Part shown: in pieces, positions 7,424 through 10,941 of the stretch
How the letters are laid out: every line of letters starts with the position of its first letter
Position numbering within the stretch: position 1 is the stretch's first letter
IMG/VR virus record: IMGVR_UViG_2563366831_000008
Reading direction: 5' to 3' (one strand)
DNA from: a virus
Taxonomy: Duplodnaviria; Heunggongvirae; Uroviricota; Caudoviricetes
DNA: 10,941 nucleotides
Notes under the pieces: model-generated
Database searches by the model: none
Told to the model about the DNA's origin: nothing
The model's input: only the letters and a program-made list of their open reading frames with translations
Made by a program: the position numbers and the translations under genes

Positions 7424-7595
7424 TTTATCTCTCCTCAGAAGCTCTCATGTAGGAGCTTAAGTGAAGTTTACCCTATAGGTAATTTTAGACAACCCCAAAA
7501 TACCTATATTTTGTAAATGTCAATACATTAGCAGCGAATACCTTCCAACTTATCCACAAGCCAGAGATTGATAGCTTAAAAAACAAACAGAGAAA

Positions 7596-8255
7596 TTACC
7601 CAAACGTCTCTTCTGGCCACTGGCTGGCGATAACTTTCCCCACAACGGAACAACTCTCATTGCATGGGATCATTGGATATTGCGGGTTTAGTGGCTGTAG
7701 AAACACCTGACCGCTATCCCTGATCAGTTTCTTGAAGGTAAACTCATCACCACCAAGTCTGGCTATGCAGAAATCACCTGGCTCAACAGCCTGCTCAGGG
7801 TCAACCAGAATTAACATCCCGTCAGGAAAACTAGGTTTGGAACCTGTTGGGGCGGTCATCGAGTTACCTTCAACCTCAAGCCAGAATGCAGAGTCACTGG
7901 CTTTTTTGGTTGTGCTTACCAATCTCTCCGCATCGCCTTTGGTAAAGGTTCTGAGTTCTGGAGAGAACATCCCAGCCTGAACATGAGAAAAAACAGGGTA
8001 CTCATATTGTTTTTTAACTGGGGCCGATGAGTATTCGCCAACAGGTGAAAATGTCCCGTCGTGGTTGAATGATATGTTATCAATACCAAGGTATTTAAAC
8101 ACCACACCAATATCACTAAGAGATGGATGACGAGATCCGCGCAACCAGTGTCCAATTCCACCCTGCGTCATACCTAGCTCTTCGGCTAACTTCTCTTGAG
8201 TTATGCCGAGCTCTTTCATTCTGGATCTAGCCAGTTCATACCATTTCATTTTCAT
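7596..8255 (-). CDS. cI: CI prophage repressor (HTH N-domain plus S24 LexA-like autocleavage C-domain); chimeric
   Basis: From ...[28 protein letters not shown]... to the C-terminus the protein matches lambda CI; the N-terminal ~100 aa (HTH ...[20 protein letters not shown]...) is unrelated to lambda CI. Start is uncertain: the track ORF begins at a TTG (8297), the first ATG is 8291; 8255 or 8249 (MKMKW/MKW) fit the AAGGA SD best. Confidence 0.88.
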   Translation of the reverse strand: MKMKWYELARSRMKELGITQEKLAEELGMTQGGIGHWLRGSRHPSLSDIGVVFKYLGIDNISFNHDGTFSPVGEYSSAPVKKQYEYPVFSHVQAGMFSPELRTFTKGDAERLVSTTKKASDSAFWLEVEGNSMTAPTGSKPSFPDGMLILVDPEQAVEPGDFCIARLGGDEFTFKKLIRDSGQVFLQPLNPQYPMIPCNESCSVVGKVIASQWPEETFG

Positions 8256-8366
8256 GTCCTTATTATTACGCTCTGTATTGCAACCATCCATGCACAATGT
8301 GTATTTTTTCTTGCATTAAAAAAGTACATATTGTATTTTTTTCTTCATGGTTACTATGGAGGGCAT
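8256..8366. promoter_or_regulatory. OR region: divergent pRM/pR promoters and operators
   Basis: pR candidate: TTGCAT (8311-8316), 17-nt spacer, TATTTT (8334-8339), about 25 nt upstream of the cro ATG. Palindromic elements GTATTTTTT-N9-AAAAAAGTAC (8301-8327) and AGTACatattGTAT (8323-8336). pRM not pinned down. Confidence 0.55.
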
Positions 8367-8582
8367 ATGAGCAACCTACGAAAATATCGAGAGTCACTGA
8401 ATATCTCTCAAACAACACTTGCTAAGGCAGTTGGATGCACACAGGGAGCTATCGGACATTGGGAATCTGGTCGTCGCTTCCCAGACCTTAAAACATGCCG
8501 TGCTCTTGTTGCGTGTCTAAACAAGTTAGGCGCAAAAGTAAGTCTTGATGACGTGTTCCCGCCGGAGCACAAAGCCGCTTAA
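8367..8582 (+). CDS. cro: Cro-type repressor (71 aa, HTH)
   Basis: MSNLRKYRESLNISQTTLAKAVGCTQGAIGHWESGRRFPDL... with an HTH; SD GGAGG immediately upstream of the ATG at 8367; divergent from cI. The 128-aa track ORF from 8196 is an upstream extension without an RBS. Confidence 0.85.
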   Translation: MSNLRKYRESLNISQTTLAKAVGCTQGAIGHWESGRRFPDLKTCRALVACLNKLGAKVSLDDVFPPEHKAA

Positions 8583-8590
8583 TAAGCGGA

Positions 8591-8636
8591 GCCGCTCTTT
8601 GTAACAACGGACATTCGTCCTACGTCGCTGAAAAGC
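8591..8636 (+). promoter_or_regulatory. nutR site: boxA (8591..8605) and boxB hairpin (8623..8636)
   Basis: CGCTCTTTGTAACAA (boxA-like), then TCGCT-GAAA-AGCGA hairpin 17 nt downstream. A possible further hairpin ATGCGT-ttcc-ACGCAT at 8667-8682 may belong to a tR1-like region. Confidence 0.6.
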
Positions 8637-8723
8637 GAGCCCCAAGATATCTGACCAACTAAGGCCATATGCGTTTCCACGCATACCTTTCAACTAACTA
8701 TTCACTATTGGAAATCTTAAGAA

Positions 8724-9020
8724 ATGGAACAAACAAATTACAGCAAACTATCACAGCGCGACGTTGATCGCGCAGAAACAGATTTACTTATCAACCTGTC
8801 AACGCTTACTCAGCGCGGTCTGGCAAAGATGATTGGCTGTCATGAATCGAAGATAAGCAGAACAGACTGGAGGTTTATAGCTTCGGTCTTGTGTGCTTTT
8901 GGCATGGCATCAGACCTCAGTCCGATTAGCAGAGCTTTTAAGTATGCGCTTGATGAAATCACCAATAAAAAACGCCCGGCGGCAACCGAGCGTTCTGAAC
9001 AAATCCAGATGGAGTTCTGA
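8724..9020 (+). CDS. cII: CII transcriptional activator (98 aa); chimeric
   Basis: C-terminal ...NKKRPAATERSEQIQMEF matches lambda CII; the N-terminal two thirds (MEQTNYSKLSQRDVDRAETDLLINL...) differ from lambda. Confidence 0.88.
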   Translation: MEQTNYSKLSQRDVDRAETDLLINLSTLTQRGLAKMIGCHESKISRTDWRFIASVLCAFGMASDLSPISRAFKYALDEITNKKRPAATERSEQIQMEF

Positions 9021-9044
9021 GGTCATTACTGGATCTATCAACAG
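8966..9044 (-). ncRNA. oop: oop-like antisense RNA (terminator hairpin inside the cII 3' end)
   Basis: Minus-strand hairpin CGCUCGG-uugccg-CCGGGCG followed by UUUUUUAUU (plus 8966-8993) matches the lambda oop terminator; the flanking cII 3' end and O 5' end appear lambda-like. The 5' end is inferred from the lambda length of about 77 nt. Confidence 0.5.
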
Positions 9045-9052
9045 GAGTCATT

Positions 9053-9952
9053 ATGACAAACACAGCAAAAATACTCAACTTCGGCAGAGGTAACTTTGCC
9101 GGACAGGAGCGTAATGTGGCAGATCTCGATGATGGTTACGCCAGACTATCAAATATGCTGCTTGAGGCTTATTCGGGCGCAGATCTGACCAAGCGACAGT
9201 TTAAAGTGCTGCTTGCCATTCTGCGTAAAACCTATGGGTGGAATAAACCAATGGACAGAATCACCGATTCTCAACTTAGCGAGATTACAAAGTTACCCGT
9301 CAAACGGTGCAATGAAGCCAAGTTAGAACTCGTCAGAATGAATATTATCAAGCAGCAAGGCGGCATGTTTGGACCAAATAAAAACATCTCAGAATGGTGT
9401 ATCCCTCAAAACGAGGGAAAATCCCCTAAAACGAGGGATAAAACATCCCTCAAATTGGGGGATTGCTATCCCTCAAAACAGGGGGACACAAAAGACACTA
9501 TTACAAAAGAAAAAAGAAAAGATTATTCGTCAGAGAATTCTGGCGAATCCTCTGACCAGCCAGAAAACGACCTTTCTGTGGTGAAACCGGATGCTGCAAT
9601 TCAGAGCGGCAGCAAGTGGGGGACAGCAGAAGACCTGACCGCCGCAGAGTGGATGTTTGACATGGTGAAGACTATCGCACCATCAGCCAGAAAACCGAAT
9701 TTTGCTGGGTGGGCTAACGATATCCGCCTGATGCGTGAACGTGACGGACGTAACCATCGCGACATGTGTGTACTGTTCCGCTGGGCATGCCAGGACAACT
9801 TCTGGTCCGGTAACGTGCTTAGCCCGGCCAAACTCCGCGACAAGTGGACCCAGCTCGAAATCAACCGTAACAAGCAACAGGCAGTCGTGACAGCCAGCAA
9901 ACCAAAACTCGACCTGACAAACACAGACTGGATTTACGGGGTGGATCTATGA
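9053..9952 (+). CDS. O: Lambda O replication initiator protein
   Basis: 299-aa protein matching lambda O (MTNTAKILNFGRGNFAGQERNVADLDDGYARLSNMLLEAYSG...); SD AGGAG upstream; contains the ori iterons. Confidence 0.97.
   Translation: MTNTAKILNFGRGNFAGQERNVADLDDGYARLSNMLLEAYSGADLTKRQFKVLLAILRKTYGWNKPMDRITDSQLSEITKLPVKRCNEAKLELVRMNIIKQQGGMFGPNKNISEWCIPQNEGKSPKTRDKTSLKLGDCYPSKQGDTKDTITKEKRKDYSSENSGESSDQPENDLSVVKPDAAIQSGSKWGTAEDLTAAEWMFDMVKTIAPSARKPNFAGWANDIRLMRERDGRNHRDMCVLFRWACQDNFWSGNVLSPAKLRDKWTQLEINRNKQQAVVTASKPKLDLTNTDWIYGVDL
9401..9530. repeat. Lambda-type replication origin: four ~19-20 bp iterons plus AT-rich region
   Basis: Direct repeats ATCCCTCAAAACGAGGGAAA (9401), ATCCCCTAAAACGAGGGATA (9421), CATCCCTCAAATTGGGGGATT (9444), ATCCCTCAAAACAGGGGGAC (9468), followed by the A-rich tract ACAAAAGAAAAAAGAAAAGATTATT. 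Confidence 0.9.
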
Positions 9953-10614
9953 AAAACATCGCCGCACAGATGGTTGACTTTGACCGTGAGCAGATGCGTC
10001 GGATCGCCAACAACATGCCGGAACAGTACGACGAAAAGCCGCAGGTACAGCAGGTAGCGCAGATCATCAACGGTGTGTTCAGCCAGTTACTGGCAACTTT
10101 CCCGGCGAGTCTGGCTAACCGTGACCAGAACGAACTGAACGAAATCCGTCGCCAGTGGGTTCTGGCTTTTCGGGAAAACGGGATCACCACGATGGAACAG
10201 GTTAACGCAGGAATGCGCGTAGCCCGTCGGCAGAATCGACCATTTCTGCCATCACCCGGGCAGTTTGTTGCATGGTGCCGGGAAGAAGCATCCGTTATCG
10301 CCGGACTGCCAAACGTCAGCGAGCTGGTTGATATGGTTTACGAGTATTGCCGGAAGCGAGGCCTGTATCCGGATGCGGAGTCTTATCCGTGGAAATCAAA
10401 CGCGCACTACTGGCTGGTTACCAACCTGTATCAGAACATGCGGGCCAATGCGCTTACTGATGCGGAATTACGGCGCAAGGCTGCCGATGAACTGACCTGT
10501 ATGACAGCGCGAATTAACCGTGGTGAGACGATACCTGAACCAGTAAAACAACTTCCTGTTATGGGCGGTAGACCTCTAAATCGTGCACAGGCTCTGGCGA
10601 AGATCGCAGAATGA
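9949..10614 (+). CDS. P: Lambda P (DnaB helicase loader), C-terminally truncated by an IS insertion (221 aa versus 233 in lambda)
   Basis: Protein matches lambda P up to ...RAQALAKIAE; the ATG overlaps the O stop as ATGA; the reading frame ends at a TGA supplied by the first bases of the IS terminal repeat (10612-10614). Confidence 0.9.
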   Translation: MKNIAAQMVDFDREQMRRIANNMPEQYDEKPQVQQVAQIINGVFSQLLATFPASLANRDQNELNEIRRQWVLAFRENGITTMEQVNAGMRVARRQNRPFLPSPGQFVAWCREEASVIAGLPNVSELVDMVYEYCRKRGLYPDAESYPWKSNAHYWLVTNLYQNMRANALTDAELRRKAADELTCMTARINRGETIPEPVKQLPVMGGRPLNRAQALAKIAE

Positions 10615-10941
10615 ACCGCCCCGGGTTTCCTGGAGAGTGTTTTATCTGTGAACTCAGGCTGCCAGATCATCGTTTCCGATGGAAGCATAATAAGCTTTTT
10701 CTGCTTCTGCCGGAGGAGTATGGCCCAGCCTTTCCAGCAATCGTCGATTGTTATACCAGTCCACCCACGTGAGTGTGGCCAGTTCCACTTCTGCACGGTT
10801 TTTCCAGCTCTTACGGTGTATTACCTCCGCTTTGTAAAGACCATTGATGCTCTCCGCCATCGCGTTGTCATACGAGTCGCCTGTACTTCCTGTTGATGCC
10901 AGTAATCCGGCTTCCTTAAGCCGCTGTGTGTAGGCCAGCGA
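10612..10941 (-). mobile_element. IS3-family insertion sequence (IS629-like), right end; element continues beyond the window
   Basis: Terminal sequence TGAACCGCCCCGGGTTTCCTGGAGAG begins exactly where similarity to lambda P stops, and resembles the IS629 terminal inverted repeat as I recall it; a transposase 3' end follows on the minus strand. Confidence 0.8.
10654..10941 (-). CDS. IS3-family transposase (OrfB, DDE integrase domain), C-terminal fragment; 5' part lies outside the window
   Basis: ...MAESINGLYKAEVIHRKSWKNRAEVELATLTWVDWYNNRRLLERLGHTPPAEAEKAYYAS is the conserved C-terminal region of IS3-family OrfB; the frame is open to the window edge; stop is 42 nt inside the IS end. Confidence 0.8.
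   Translation of the reverse strand, partial: SLAYTQRLKEAGLLASTGSTGDSYDNAMAESINGLYKAEVIHRKSWKNRAEVELATLTWVDWYNNRRLLERLGHTPPAEAEKAYYASIGNDDLAA

Noticed and set aside
7732-8161. ORFs 7732..7980(+) and 7916..8161(-) inside cI
   Set aside because: Wrong strand or frame within a repressor gene whose C-terminal domain matches lambda CI.
8196-8366. Upstream extension of the cro reading frame (128-aa track ORF)
   Set aside because: It has no RBS and runs through the OR operator/promoter region; the SD GGAGG directly precedes the ATG at 8367, giving a 71-aa Cro of typical size.
9401-9487. Tandem direct repeats that could be mistaken for a CRISPR array
   Set aside because: Four iterons without unique spacers, inside the O gene and followed by an AT-rich tract; this is the lambda-type replication origin. 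No CRISPR array, tRNA or rRNA was seen anywhere in the window.
8893-10190. ORFs 8893..9093, 9369..9584, 9601..9924, 9683..9877 and 9861..10190
   Set aside because: Alternative frames or antisense inside cII, O and P; 9369..9584 is the iteron and A-rich origin region read in another frame.
10265-10896. ORFs 10265..10495(+), 10431..10796(-) and 10648..10896(+)
   Set aside because: Lie inside P or span the P/IS junction, or are antisense to the transposase; none has an RBS and none respects the IS boundary.

Overview
This window is the early/immunity region of a mosaic lambdoid prophage (E. coli-type), oriented as in the phage lambda map. Leftward (minus-strand) genes run int, xis, small accessory ORFs including a TraR/DksA-type zinc finger, orf61/orf60a-like ORFs, exo, bet, gam, kil, cIII, ea10, a membrane protein, a tiny acidic ORF and an N antiterminator with nutL and pL/OL. 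Where lambda carries rexAB, between pL and cI, there is instead a two-gene HicB-like/HicA-like module ending in a bidirectional terminator; this is the most interesting candidate system. Rightward genes are cro, nutR, cII, O (with the ori iterons) and P, which is cut 12 codons short by an IS3-family (IS629-like) element that runs off the window. cI and cII are chimeric: their C-terminal parts match lambda, their N-terminal DNA-binding parts do not. All lambda comparisons are from memory of the lambda proteins and sequence; no search was run.
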